This document shows, piece by piece, positions 46,790-56,529 of a DNA stretch of 64,000 nt. The stretch lies in the IMG/VR virus record IMGVR_UViG_3300044991_001466. One strand, written 5' to 3'. The notes beneath the pieces are model-generated. The model was not told the origin of the DNA. It saw only the letters and a list, made by a program, of their open reading frames with translations, and ran no database searches. This stretch comes from a virus (lineage: Duplodnaviria; Caudoviricetes). Numbering within the stretch: position 1 is the first letter of the stretch; the number at the start of each line of letters is the position of its first letter. The position numbers and the translations under genes are program-made.

Positions 46790-47770
46790 ATGGCAGGTAT
46801 AAAAAAGACTGATTTTTCAGCAATCAAAAAGAAATTCTCAAAAGAAGCAGAATATAAACCAGACCGTTTTTTCGATTTGGGAGATGCTTTCTTGGATGCA
46901 ACAGGAATTCCCGGTCCAGCAATGGGTCACATCAATATGTTGTTAGGACATAGTGATACAGGAAAAACAACTGCACTTGTAAAGTCAGCGGTAGATGCAC
47001 AAAAGAAAGGTATTGTTCCTGTATTTGTAATTACAGAACAGAAATGGAGTTGGGACCACGCAGAATTAATGGGTTTCAATAAAGACGGAGATTATCTTTT
47101 CAATAGTGATTTCGAGTACATCGAACAAATCACAGAGTATATTAATGAATTATTAGATGCTCAAGAAAAGGGAGACTTACCTCACGATTTATTAATACTT
47201 TGGGATTCAGTTGGTTCAGTTCCTTGTAAAATGACTTACGATGGTAAAGGTGGTAAACAACACAACGCATCAGTATTAGCTGACAAAATTGGAATGGGTA
47301 TCAACCAACGTATTTCAGGTTCAAGAAGAACAGATAAACCTTATACAAATACATTAATCATTGTTAACCAACCTTGGGTAGAATTACCTGACAATCCTTT
47401 TGGACAACCTAAGATTAAAGCAAAAGGTGGAGAAGCAATTTGGTTAAACTCAAGTATTGTGTTCTTATTCGGTAATCAAAAAGGTGCGGGTACAACTAAA
47501 ATCTCAATCACTAAAGATAAGAGAAAAGTTAAAATTGCAACAAGAACAAAAATCTCTATCATGAAGAATCACATCAATGGTTTAGGATATGAGGATGGAC
47601 GTATATTGGTTACATCACACGGATTTATGGGTGGAAGAGAAGAAGGAGAAGAAAAGAAATCTCTTGAAGAATACAAAAAAGAATGTGGAGAATACATCAG
47701 TAAGATGTTAGGTGTTAGTGTTACAGACATCGCAGACGTAGAAGTTGTAACAGAAGATTCAGACCTATAA
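46790..47770 (+). CDS. recA: RecA/UvsX-like recombinase
   Basis: Walker A GHSDTGKT, Walker B LILWDSVG, IVNQ and KAKGGEAI motifs. Confidence 0.85.
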   Translation: MAGIKKTDFSAIKKKFSKEAEYKPDRFFDLGDAFLDATGIPGPAMGHINMLLGHSDTGKTTALVKSAVDAQKKGIVPVFVITEQKWSWDHAELMGFNKDGDYLFNSDFEYIEQITEYINELLDAQEKGDLPHDLLILWDSVGSVPCKMTYDGKGGKQHNASVLADKIGMGINQRISGSRRTDKPYTNTLIIVNQPWVELPDNPFGQPKIKAKGGEAIWLNSSIVFLFGNQKGAGTTKISITKDKRKVKIATRTKISIMKNHINGLGYEDGRILVTSHGFMGGREEGEEKKSLEEYKKECGEYISKMLGVSVTDIADVEVVTEDSDL

Positions 47771-47779
47771 AATTTTTAA

Positions 47780-48802
47780 ATGTCCGTTTTACTTGTTGAT
47801 GGAGATAATTTACTTACGATTGGTTTTTATGGTGTCAAGAATATGTTCTATAAAGGGCAACATATTGGAGGAATTTATCATTTTCTCAATACTCTTAGGA
47901 GAACGTTTGAGTTATATCACTTAGATAAGATAGTTGTATTTTGGGATGGATTTGAAGGTTCTCAAAATAGAAAAAAAATCTACGTTCATTATAAAGAAAA
48001 TAGACGGCAAAGACTTAGGTCTGAAGAAGAATTAAGTTCATACTCATACCAAAGAGAACGAGTTAAACAATATCTCGAAGAGTTATTTGTGAGACAAGGT
48101 GAGTATGAATTTTGTGAAACAGATGATAGCATTGCTTATTATACACAAAACTCACCTAACGAAAAGAAAATCATTTATTCATCTGATGGAGATTTAACAC
48201 AATTAGTGTCAGATAATACGGAAATTTATAATCCGTCTCATCACAAATTATACAAACAAAATGATACGATAGTTTACGACCACGAAGAAATCTTAATTGA
48301 AAACGTTAAGTTAGTAAAAATGATGTGTGGTGATTCCTCAGACAACATTGCAGGAATTAAAGGAATGGGAGTTAAGAAATTCATCTCCTTATTTCCCGAA
48401 ATCAGAACCGAAAGAATATCTGTTCAACAAGTTAAAGAAAGGGGTAATCTCCTTTTTGAACAGGACAAACACAACAAATTAATTGCAAATTTATTAACAG
48501 GAGTTACAAAGTACGGTGTATTTGGTGACGAGTTCTTCGACGTAAACAATCGTATTGTTAGTTTGGATGAACCCTTTTTGACTGACGAGGCAATCGAAAA
48601 TATTACATTGTTAATAAATGAATCATTAGACCCTGAGGGTAGGTCGTATAAAAATACAATGAGAATGATGATGGAAGATGGATTGTTTAATGTGTTACCA
48701 AAATCAGACGACGCATGGACAAAATTTTTAAACCCATTTCTCCGTTTAACAAGAAAAGAAAAAAACAATAAAAAAACAATAAAAATCAAAAATTATGAGT
48801 AA
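47780..48802 (+). CDS. 5'-3' exonuclease / RNase H (T4 rnh or PolA N-terminal-like)
   Basis: LLVDGD, VVFWDG, YKENR, ETDDSIA, SSDGDL.QL and GDSSDNIAGIKG.G.K motifs. Confidence 0.9.
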   Translation: MSVLLVDGDNLLTIGFYGVKNMFYKGQHIGGIYHFLNTLRRTFELYHLDKIVVFWDGFEGSQNRKKIYVHYKENRRQRLRSEEELSSYSYQRERVKQYLEELFVRQGEYEFCETDDSIAYYTQNSPNEKKIIYSSDGDLTQLVSDNTEIYNPSHHKLYKQNDTIVYDHEEILIENVKLVKMMCGDSSDNIAGIKGMGVKKFISLFPEIRTERISVQQVKERGNLLFEQDKHNKLIANLLTGVTKYGVFGDEFFDVNNRIVSLDEPFLTDEAIENITLLINESLDPEGRSYKNTMRMMMEDGLFNVLPKSDDAWTKFLNPFLRLTRKEKNNKKTIKIKNYE

Positions 48803-49244
48803 TCAACAGCCAGACATTACAAAATTCGAATTTATTCTAACATTAGAAGGGAACATAATATGCCAAAGATACTTCAATGTAAAAGATCACGTTGACCAAG
48901 CTAGACGTTCAATGGACTTACACTATTATATAAAAAATATTTGTGAGGAAATTAGTGAAGATTTGAAAATAAAAAGTTCCAATTATTTGTGTGAAAATCA
49001 AAATTATTTCTTATCTTCCGACTATGTGGAAGATTTACCAGAGAAGGATAGAGAACATTTTTTGTTAGAAATTAAGTTGGAAGACGATGTATTTATTCAG
49101 AGGATATTTCCCGCATATTGTTACCACCCAAAAGTTAGATATACGGTTGACATACGTCCAAAACTCAAAATAATTTTATCAGAGTTAACTGATATTTTAT
49201 CATCCGAAGAGTTGGAGACCACATATTTGAACTACGAGTTATAA
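48795..49244 (+). CDS. Hypothetical protein (149 aa) in the replication operon
   Basis: Overlaps the exonuclease stop and precedes the helicase. Confidence 0.6.
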   Translation: MSNQQPDITKFEFILTLEGNIICQRYFNVKDHVDQARRSMDLHYYIKNICEEISEDLKIKSSNYLCENQNYFLSSDYVEDLPEKDREHFLLEIKLEDDVFIQRIFPAYCYHPKVRYTVDIRPKLKIILSELTDILSSEELETTYLNYEL

Positions 49245-49270
49245 TTTAAAAATATATATAAAAAATAAAC

Positions 49271-50653
49271 ATGGAAGAGAGGAATTTTGGGTATTTAGGG
49301 TTTTCATTTCAACAATCCCTAATTAAAGCAATAGTTGAAGATAAAAAATATGCAGAATCAATAATTGACGTATTAGAAACTAAATTTTTTGAGAACGCCT
49401 CATTTAAATTTATCATTGAGAACATTAAAGAGTTATATAAGACCTATAATAGAATTCCCGATTACAATACCCTGGCCCAAAAAATTATGGCTGAAGGTGG
49501 TAATAAAGATTCCTCTAAGGTACATCTTGATACGTTGGAATCGATAAAGGAAAATGAAGACCAAATTGCGTATGTTAAAGACACGGCTCTTAATTTTTGT
49601 AAACAACAAAATTTAAAAAGAGAACTTAAAAGTGTTCAAAATATCATTGAAAGTGGTGAATTTGAGGCGTATAATAAAATTGAACAAATCATTCAAAAGG
49701 CGTTACAAATTGGTATTACAAATGATGAAGCTCATGATGTGTTTTTTGATATTGATGGAGCGTTAGAAAAGGATTTTAGACACCCATTACCGACAGGTAT
49801 TGTTGGGGTTGACAACTTACTTAAAGGTGGATTAGGAATTGGAGAATTGGGGGTTGTATTGGCTCCTACGGGTACTGGTAAAACCACATTACTTACTAAG
49901 TTTGCTAATACGGCATATAACTTAGGATATAATGTTGTTCAAATATTTTTTGAAGATAATCCAGGTAACATTAAAAGAAAACATTATACCATTTGGTCGG
50001 ACATTGCACCTGACGAACAACCTGAATTTAAAGACTTGGTAAAAGAAAAAGTTGAGGAAGCTCAATCTCGTTCTACAGGTACTTTAAAATTATTAAAATT
50101 GGCTAGTGATAATGTTACGGTTTCTGAAATTAAAAATAAAATCAGAAAAATGAATTCAGATGGTATTAAAGTGGATTTATTGGTGTTAGATTATGTGGAT
50201 TGTATTTCTTCAGATAAATCAACTAACGGTGAAGAATGGAAGGGTGAGGGTTCGGTAATGAGAAGTTTGGAATCAATGACAGGTGAATTTGAAATGGCGA
50301 TATGGACCGCAACTCAAGGTAATCGTGAATCAATTTCAAGTGAAGTTGTAACGGGAGACCAAATGGGTGGGTCAATTAAGAAAGCACAAATTGCTCACGT
50401 CATTTTATCTATCGGTAAAACGTTAGAACAAAAAGAACATAACTTAGCCACATTAACTTTGCTTAAATCACGTATTGGTAAAGATGGTGTAGTATTTCAA
50501 AACTGTAAGTTCAATAACGAATATTTGGTAATCGATACCGAATCACAAAATACTTTGTTAGGTCACGAACAAGATGAAGTTGAAAAGAGAAAAAATAGAG
50601 TTGCCGATGTCTACAGAAAGGCACAAGAAAAAAAAGTATCACAAATTAAATAA
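49271..50653 (+). CDS. dnaB: Replicative DNA helicase (DnaB/gp41-like)
   Basis: APTGTGKTT, LLVLDYVD, WTATQGNR, SIKKAQIA and KSRIGKDG motifs. Confidence 0.9.
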   Translation: MEERNFGYLGFSFQQSLIKAIVEDKKYAESIIDVLETKFFENASFKFIIENIKELYKTYNRIPDYNTLAQKIMAEGGNKDSSKVHLDTLESIKENEDQIAYVKDTALNFCKQQNLKRELKSVQNIIESGEFEAYNKIEQIIQKALQIGITNDEAHDVFFDIDGALEKDFRHPLPTGIVGVDNLLKGGLGIGELGVVLAPTGTGKTTLLTKFANTAYNLGYNVVQIFFEDNPGNIKRKHYTIWSDIAPDEQPEFKDLVKEKVEEAQSRSTGTLKLLKLASDNVTVSEIKNKIRKMNSDGIKVDLLVLDYVDCISSDKSTNGEEWKGEGSVMRSLESMTGEFEMAIWTATQGNRESISSEVVTGDQMGGSIKKAQIAHVILSIGKTLEQKEHNLATLTLLKSRIGKDGVVFQNCKFNNEYLVIDTESQNTLLGHEQDEVEKRKNRVADVYRKAQEKKVSQIK

Positions 50654-50659
50654 ATTAAC

Positions 50660-51634
50660 ATGACAGAGAAAATATTAATGGAGAATCCCCATAGATTCGT
50701 TTTGTTCCCTATTGAACATAATGATTTATGGAAAATGTATAAACAACAACAAGCTTGTATATGGACGGCGGAAGAGATTGATTTAGGTCAAGACGTAACA
50801 GATTGGGAAAATAAATTGAATTCAGATGAACAACATTTCATTAAACACGTATTGGCATTTTTTGCAGCGTCTGATGGTATTGTGAATGAAAATATTGCTG
50901 AAAACTTCGTAAACGAAGTACAATATACTGAGGCTAAAATGTTTTACGGTTTCCAAATTATGATGGAAAACATTCATAGTGAGACATACTCATTACTGAT
51001 TGATTCATATATTAAAGACAAAGAAGAACAATTACATTTATTTCACGCAATAGATACAATTCCAGCAATTCAAAAGAAAGCGGAATGGGCGGTAAAATGG
51101 ATTAGTTCAGAATCTTTTGTTGAGAGACTAATTGCATTTGCTGCGGTTGAGGGTATTTTCTTTTCAGGATCATTCTGTTCAATATTTTGGTTGAAGAAAA
51201 GAGGTTTAATGCCAGGGTTAACATTCTCAAATGAACTAATCTCAAGAGATGAGGGAATGCATTGTGATTTTGCTTGTCACCTATATAATAACCACATTGA
51301 AAATAAATTAAGTGAAAAGAAAATTAGAGAGATTATCTGTGGAGCGTTAGAAATTGAAAAAGAATTTATTCTTGAAGCATTACCAGTTAGGTTAATTGGT
51401 ATGAATTCAGAATTAATGGCTCAATATCTTGAGTTTGTAACAGATAGGTTATTAACTGCGTTAGGTTGTTCAAAAGTATATAACTCTACAAATCCATTTG
51501 ATTTTATGGAGAACATTGCAATACAAGGGAAAACAAATTTCTTTGAAAAACGAGTTGCCGAATATCAAAAGATGGGAGTAAATAACAACGGTTCCGAAGA
51601 TTTAGATTCGGCATTTGGTGACGTAGATTTTTAA
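50660..51634 (+). CDS. nrdB: Class Ia ribonucleotide reductase beta subunit
   Basis: [30 protein letters not shown] and SRDEGMH di-iron motifs. Confidence 0.97.
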   Translation: MTEKILMENPHRFVLFPIEHNDLWKMYKQQQACIWTAEEIDLGQDVTDWENKLNSDEQHFIKHVLAFFAASDGIVNENIAENFVNEVQYTEAKMFYGFQIMMENIHSETYSLLIDSYIKDKEEQLHLFHAIDTIPAIQKKAEWAVKWISSESFVERLIAFAAVEGIFFSGSFCSIFWLKKRGLMPGLTFSNELISRDEGMHCDFACHLYNNHIENKLSEKKIREIICGALEIEKEFILEALPVRLIGMNSELMAQYLEFVTDRLLTALGCSKVYNSTNPFDFMENIAIQGKTNFFEKRVAEYQKMGVNNNGSEDLDSAFGDVDF

Positions 51635-51650
51635 AAAAATTAAATATAAG

Positions 51651-54092
51651 ATGAAAGTAAAGAAAAGAGATGGGTCCCTTGAGGAAATGAGATATGATAA
51701 AATTACAAGAAGAATAAGTATTTTTTGTAGTGATTTAAATTTAGAATATATTGACCCAACATATGTTACCTTAAAAGTAACACAAGGTATATATGATGGA
51801 ATTTCAACAACAGAATTAGATGTTTTAGCTGCTGAGACCGCAGCATCAATGACAACAACACATCCAGACTATGCTAAGTTATCTGGTAGATTGGCGGTTT
51901 CTAATTTACATAAAACCACACCAAAAAAATTCTCACAATGTATTAAAGAGTTATATTCTTTTATTGAACCAAAAACAGGGAAAGAATCTTCATTAATATC
52001 AACTGAGGTTTATGAGTTTGTCATGAACAATAAAGAATCACTTGACGGTTCAATTCATCAAGAAAGAGATTTAGAATTTGATTATTTTGGTTTTAAGACA
52101 TTAGAACGTTCATATCTTTTAAAAATAGGTTCACGAGTTGTAGAAAGACCACAGTATATGTACATGAGAGTTGCTGTAGGTATATGTAATGGAGATTTAT
52201 CAATGGCGTTAAGAATTTATGATGATTTGTCACAACATTATTATACACACGCAACACCAACATTATTTAATGCAGGAACAAAACGACCACAAATGTCATC
52301 TTGTTTTTTAATTGGAAATAAAGGAGACGATATCAACGGATTGTTTGATACTATTAAAGACGTTGCAAACATTTCTAAGTGGGCTGGCGGTATTGGATTA
52401 CATGTACATGATGTTCGTGCTAAGGGTGCATATATTAAAGGAACTGGTGGAGAATCTGATGGTATTGTACCAATGATGAAAACATATAATGAAGTTGCTC
52501 GTTGGATTAATCAAGGAGGAAAACGTAAAGGTTCATTTGCCGTTTATCTTGAACCATGGCATGCAGACGTTTTTGAATTTATTGATTTAAGAAAAAATAC
52601 AGGTAAGGAAGAAATGAGAGCAAGAGATTTATTCTTAGCTATGTGGACACCTGATTTATTTATGCAACGTGTTGAACAAGATGGTGATTGGTCTTTATTT
52701 TCACCAGATGAAGCTCCAGGTTTATCTGATGTATATGACACACCTGAAGAAAAGAAATTCACTAAGTTATATGAATCATATGAAAAGCAAGGAAGGGCAA
52801 GAAAAGTAATTAAGGCGAGAAAGTTAATGGACGCAATTTTAACTTCTCAAATTGAAACGGGAACACCTTATATGTTATATAAAGATCCCGCAAACTATAA
52901 ATCAAATCAAAAAAACTTAGGTACAATTAAATCTTCAAATTTATGTACCGAAATTATTGAATACTCTTCACCAACAGAACAAGCTGTTTGTAATTTGGCA
53001 TCAATCGCATTACCTAAGTATATCATTAACGGTGAGTTTAATCACGAAATGTTATATGAATATACCTACCAAGTTGTTAAAAACTTGAACAACGTAATCG
53101 ATTTAAATTTTTACCCAACCGAAGAAACAAAACGTTCAAATTTCAAACATCGACCTGTTGGTTTAGGGGTTCAAGGATTGGCGGATGTATTTTGTTTATT
53201 GGGTTTACCATTTGAAAGTGAATTGTCAGATACATTACAGACAGATATTTTTGAAACAATTTATTTTGCGGCATTAACATCATCTAAAGATTTGGCTAAA
53301 GAATTTGGACCATATGAGTCTATTGTTGGTTCACCTATTGAAAAAGGTATTTTCCAATATGAAATGTGGGGTAAAAAAGATTCAGATTTGTCAGGTCGTT
53401 GGGATTGGAAATCTTTAAGAAAAGAAATAAAATCCAATGGTGTTAGAAACTCATTATTAGTTGCACCGATGCCAACAGCATCTACAGCACAGATTTTAGG
53501 AAATAATGAGGCGTTTGAACCATTTACAACTAACTTATATTCTCGTAGAACATTAGGTGGTGAATTTATTGTTATCAATAAACATTTAGTTAAAGAACTA
53601 ATTAAATTAAATGTTTGGAATGACAACTTAAAAAATAAATTAATAATGGAAAATGGGTCAGTTCAAAATATCCCTGAAATACCTACCGAAATAAAAGAAA
53701 GATATAAAACTGTTTGGGAAATGTCACAAAAGAGAATTCTACAAATGGCGGCAAATAGAAGTGTTTTTATTGACCAATCTCAATCTTTAAATTTATTTAT
53801 TGATAATGCAACTAAACCTAAATTATTGGCGGCGCATTTATTTGGTTGGAAATTAGGATTAAAAACGGGTATGTATTATTTAAGAACAAGAGCTGCGGTG
53901 GATGCGTTAAAAGGTTTGGGTATTGATATGTCAAGTTCAAAACCTGTGGAACAAAATCCTGGACAACAAACTGCGGTGTTTTTATCCACCCCAACAAATA
54001 ACACATTAATAAGTGAAGAAACTCCGGAAATGGAAATGACAACTGTAAAACCAACAGATTCTCCATTTGATTGTGAGGGTTGTGGTTCTTAA
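51651..54092 (+). CDS. nrdA: Class Ia ribonucleotide reductase alpha subunit with ATP cone
   Basis: VKKRDG ATP cone, SSCF, SNLCTE, VCNLASI, APMPTAST, GMYY and C-terminal CEGC. Confidence 0.97.
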   Translation: MKVKKRDGSLEEMRYDKITRRISIFCSDLNLEYIDPTYVTLKVTQGIYDGISTTELDVLAAETAASMTTTHPDYAKLSGRLAVSNLHKTTPKKFSQCIKELYSFIEPKTGKESSLISTEVYEFVMNNKESLDGSIHQERDLEFDYFGFKTLERSYLLKIGSRVVERPQYMYMRVAVGICNGDLSMALRIYDDLSQHYYTHATPTLFNAGTKRPQMSSCFLIGNKGDDINGLFDTIKDVANISKWAGGIGLHVHDVRAKGAYIKGTGGESDGIVPMMKTYNEVARWINQGGKRKGSFAVYLEPWHADVFEFIDLRKNTGKEEMRARDLFLAMWTPDLFMQRVEQDGDWSLFSPDEAPGLSDVYDTPEEKKFTKLYESYEKQGRARKVIKARKLMDAILTSQIETGTPYMLYKDPANYKSNQKNLGTIKSSNLCTEIIEYSSPTEQAVCNLASIALPKYIINGEFNHEMLYEYTYQVVKNLNNVIDLNFYPTEETKRSNFKHRPVGLGVQGLADVFCLLGLPFESELSDTLQTDIFETIYFAALTSSKDLAKEFGPYESIVGSPIEKGIFQYEMWGKKDSDLSGRWDWKSLRKEIKSNGVRNSLLVAPMPTASTAQILGNNEAFEPFTTNLYSRRTLGGEFIVINKHLVKELIKLNVWNDNLKNKLIMENGSVQNIPEIPTEIKERYKTVWEMSQKRILQMAANRSVFIDQSQSLNLFIDNATKPKLLAAHLFGWKLGLKTGMYYLRTRAAVDALKGLGIDMSSSKPVEQNPGQQTAVFLSTPTNNTLISEETPEMEMTTVKPTDSPFDCEGCGS

Positions 54093-54123
54093 GATATTTG
54101 TATCAATTTTAAAATAGTATATT

Positions 54124-54148
54124 AAATCCAACTTAGGTTGGATTTTTT
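54124..54148 (+). terminator. Intrinsic terminator after nrdA
   Basis: AAATCCAAC-TTAG-GTTGGATTT followed by T residues. Confidence 0.8.
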
Positions 54149-54185
54149 ATTTATTACCATTTTAGTATTGTTTATATTTATTGTT

Positions 54186-54638
54186 ATGGCAGTAACATAT
54201 GGTATAGATTTCCCTTTTAGGGATAGTCTCCAAGGTAAGTTTATAAAGATGACTAGTAGTCCTGAAAGAGAGATTAGAGCCAATCTAATTCATCTTTTAT
54301 TGACAAAAAAAGGAAGTAGGTATTATCTACCTGATTTTGGGACTAGATTATATCAATATATTTTTGACCAAAACGATAGCGTGACGTTTAATTTAATTGA
54401 AGATGAAATTAGGGAATCTGTAAAAAAGTATATACCAAATTTAGATATCAATTCAATTTTGGTTATGTCGGCAGAAGATGACCCTGACCATACAACTACA
54501 TTTACAGAAAATGAAGATGAAAGACTTTTTAGAGTAAGTGACAATGCAACTAAACCATACACTGCGGTGGTTAAAATAAACTACACAGTTAATAACGGAG
54601 CTTTTTCATCTTCGGACTTTATAATATTAAACATATAA
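54186..54638 (+). CDS. gp25: Baseplate wedge protein gp25-like (150 aa; start MAVTYG)
   Basis: GIDFPF, LLTKKGSR..PDFGT.L...IF..I.E...Y.P; TATTTAT immediately upstream. Confidence 0.9.
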   Translation: MAVTYGIDFPFRDSLQGKFIKMTSSPEREIRANLIHLLLTKKGSRYYLPDFGTRLYQYIFDQNDSVTFNLIEDEIRESVKKYIPNLDINSILVMSAEDDPDHTTTFTENEDERLFRVSDNATKPYTAVVKINYTVNNGAFSSSDFIILNI

Positions 54639-54639
54639 A

Positions 54640-56472
54640 ATGGCTAAAAAAATATCATACGCAACCAGAGATTTCGCTGGATTAAGACAAGAGTTAGTAA
54701 ACCTAACTACCGAATACTATCCTGATTTAATCAAGAACACAAACGACGCATCCATATTCTCGGTATTATTAGATTTGAATGCTGCGGTTGCGGATAATTT
54801 ACATTTCCACATTGATAGAGTTTGGCAAGAAACTATGTTGGACTTTGCACAACAAAGACAATCGTTATTTCATATTGCAAAAACATATGGTATTAAGATA
54901 CCAGGTAATAGACCTTCAGTTTCTTTAGCTGATTTCTCAATAAATGTTCCTGTTAGAGGCGATAAGGAAGACGAAAGATATTTGGGTACAATTAGAATTG
55001 GTGCTCAAGTTTCAGGTGCGGGTCAAATATTTGAGTCTATTACTGATATTGATTTTTCAAGTCCTTTTAATGACAAAGGTGAACCAAATCGATTAAAAAT
55101 ACCAAATTTTGATAGTAACAATACATTAGTATCATATACAATAACTAAAAGAGAACCTGTCGTTAATGGGGTTTCAAGAATATATAGAAGGGTTATCACA
55201 GAATTAGACCAAAAACCTTTTTTAAGACTTTATTTACCTGAACAAAATGTATTAGGAGTTACTTCAGTTATTCATAAGGATGGTACAAGTTTTAACGCTA
55301 ATCCAACGTCTAGTGAATTTACAACGATAACAAATAAATGGTATGAAGTTAAATCTTTAATACAAGATAAAGTTTTCATCCCCGACCCAACTGCGGTATC
55401 TGACAAAGATAATTTTAAGGCGGGAAAATATATTAATGTTGTAAATAAATTTTATACGGAACATACCCCTGAAGGTTATTATTCTTTGACATTTGGTTCA
55501 GGAAATGTAGACCCATTGGATAATTTAGACAATTACATGAATGGTTCACTTAAAGTGAACTTAGCAAGTTATTTGAATAACATGTCTTTGGGGTCAATAC
55601 CAAAAGCTGGTACCACATTATTTGTTAAGTACAGAATTGGTGGTGGAAAAAGTTCAAACTTAGGTGTGAATGTTATTAACAGTGTGGATGAGGTTGAATT
55701 TAATGTAAACGGTCCAAACGGAACTGTTAATAGTCAAGTAGTTAGTTCATTAAGAGTATCCAATGTAACTCCCGCAATCGGTGGTGCTGACCAACCAACA
55801 ATCGAAGAAATTAGAAACATGGTTGCATATAATTTTGCAGCACAAAATAGAGCGGTAACATTAAATGATTATAAATCATTAATTGAAACGATGCCATCTA
55901 CATTTGGTGCACCGGCTAAAGTTAATGTAATGGAAGAAGATAATAAAGTTAGAATTAAATTACTATCATATGATGATTTGGGTAATTTGACTGACACAGT
56001 TTCTAACACATTAAAGAATAACATTATAAATTATCTTTCTGAATATAGAATGATAAATGACTATATAGACATTGCAAGTGGTGAGGTTATAGATTTTGGT
56101 TTAGAGATTGATTTACATATTGATAAAAATGAAAACCCAACTGACATTGTTAGAACGGTTATTCAAAACACAACAAGTTTCTTTGCCATTGAAAAAAGAA
56201 AAATGGGAGACCCATTGTTTGTTGGTGATTTAAAAAGAGAAATTGGTAATGTTGGTGGAGTGACTAACGTAATTGATGTTCGCGTTTTTAATAAAATTGG
56301 AGGTCAATATTCTTCAACTGAAGTATCTCAATCATATAGTGATACTTTAACAAAAGAAATTTTACAATCAGATATGACCATTTTTATGAAATCAAATCAA
56401 ATTTTTCAAATTAGGTTCCCAAATATTGATATAAAAGTGAGGACCAAAACATTAGGAACGACTACATATTAA
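54640..56472 (+). CDS. gp6: Baseplate wedge protein gp6-like
   Basis: RDF..LRQ.L, FG.G, KYRIGGG..N, GGAD..IEEIR..QNRAVT..DY motifs. Confidence 0.9.
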   Translation: MAKKISYATRDFAGLRQELVNLTTEYYPDLIKNTNDASIFSVLLDLNAAVADNLHFHIDRVWQETMLDFAQQRQSLFHIAKTYGIKIPGNRPSVSLADFSINVPVRGDKEDERYLGTIRIGAQVSGAGQIFESITDIDFSSPFNDKGEPNRLKIPNFDSNNTLVSYTITKREPVVNGVSRIYRRVITELDQKPFLRLYLPEQNVLGVTSVIHKDGTSFNANPTSSEFTTITNKWYEVKSLIQDKVFIPDPTAVSDKDNFKAGKYINVVNKFYTEHTPEGYYSLTFGSGNVDPLDNLDNYMNGSLKVNLASYLNNMSLGSIPKAGTTLFVKYRIGGGKSSNLGVNVINSVDEVEFNVNGPNGTVNSQVVSSLRVSNVTPAIGGADQPTIEEIRNMVAYNFAAQNRAVTLNDYKSLIETMPSTFGAPAKVNVMEEDNKVRIKLLSYDDLGNLTDTVSNTLKNNIINYLSEYRMINDYIDIASGEVIDFGLEIDLHIDKNENPTDIVRTVIQNTTSFFAIEKRKMGDPLFVGDLKREIGNVGGVTNVIDVRVFNKIGGQYSSTEVSQSYSDTLTKEILQSDMTIFMKSNQIFQIRFPNIDIKVRTKTLGTTTY

Positions 56473-56529
56473 AATGTTTTTAGTTTATAATAGTGGAAAA
56501 TGGGATAGTTTCTATTTATTATAAGAACC

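Noticed and set aside
18641-54092. Inteins or group I introns in polB, the helicases, recA or nrdA/nrdB
   Set aside because: Reading frames are continuous, motif spacing looks normal and I saw no intein or homing-endonuclease motifs.
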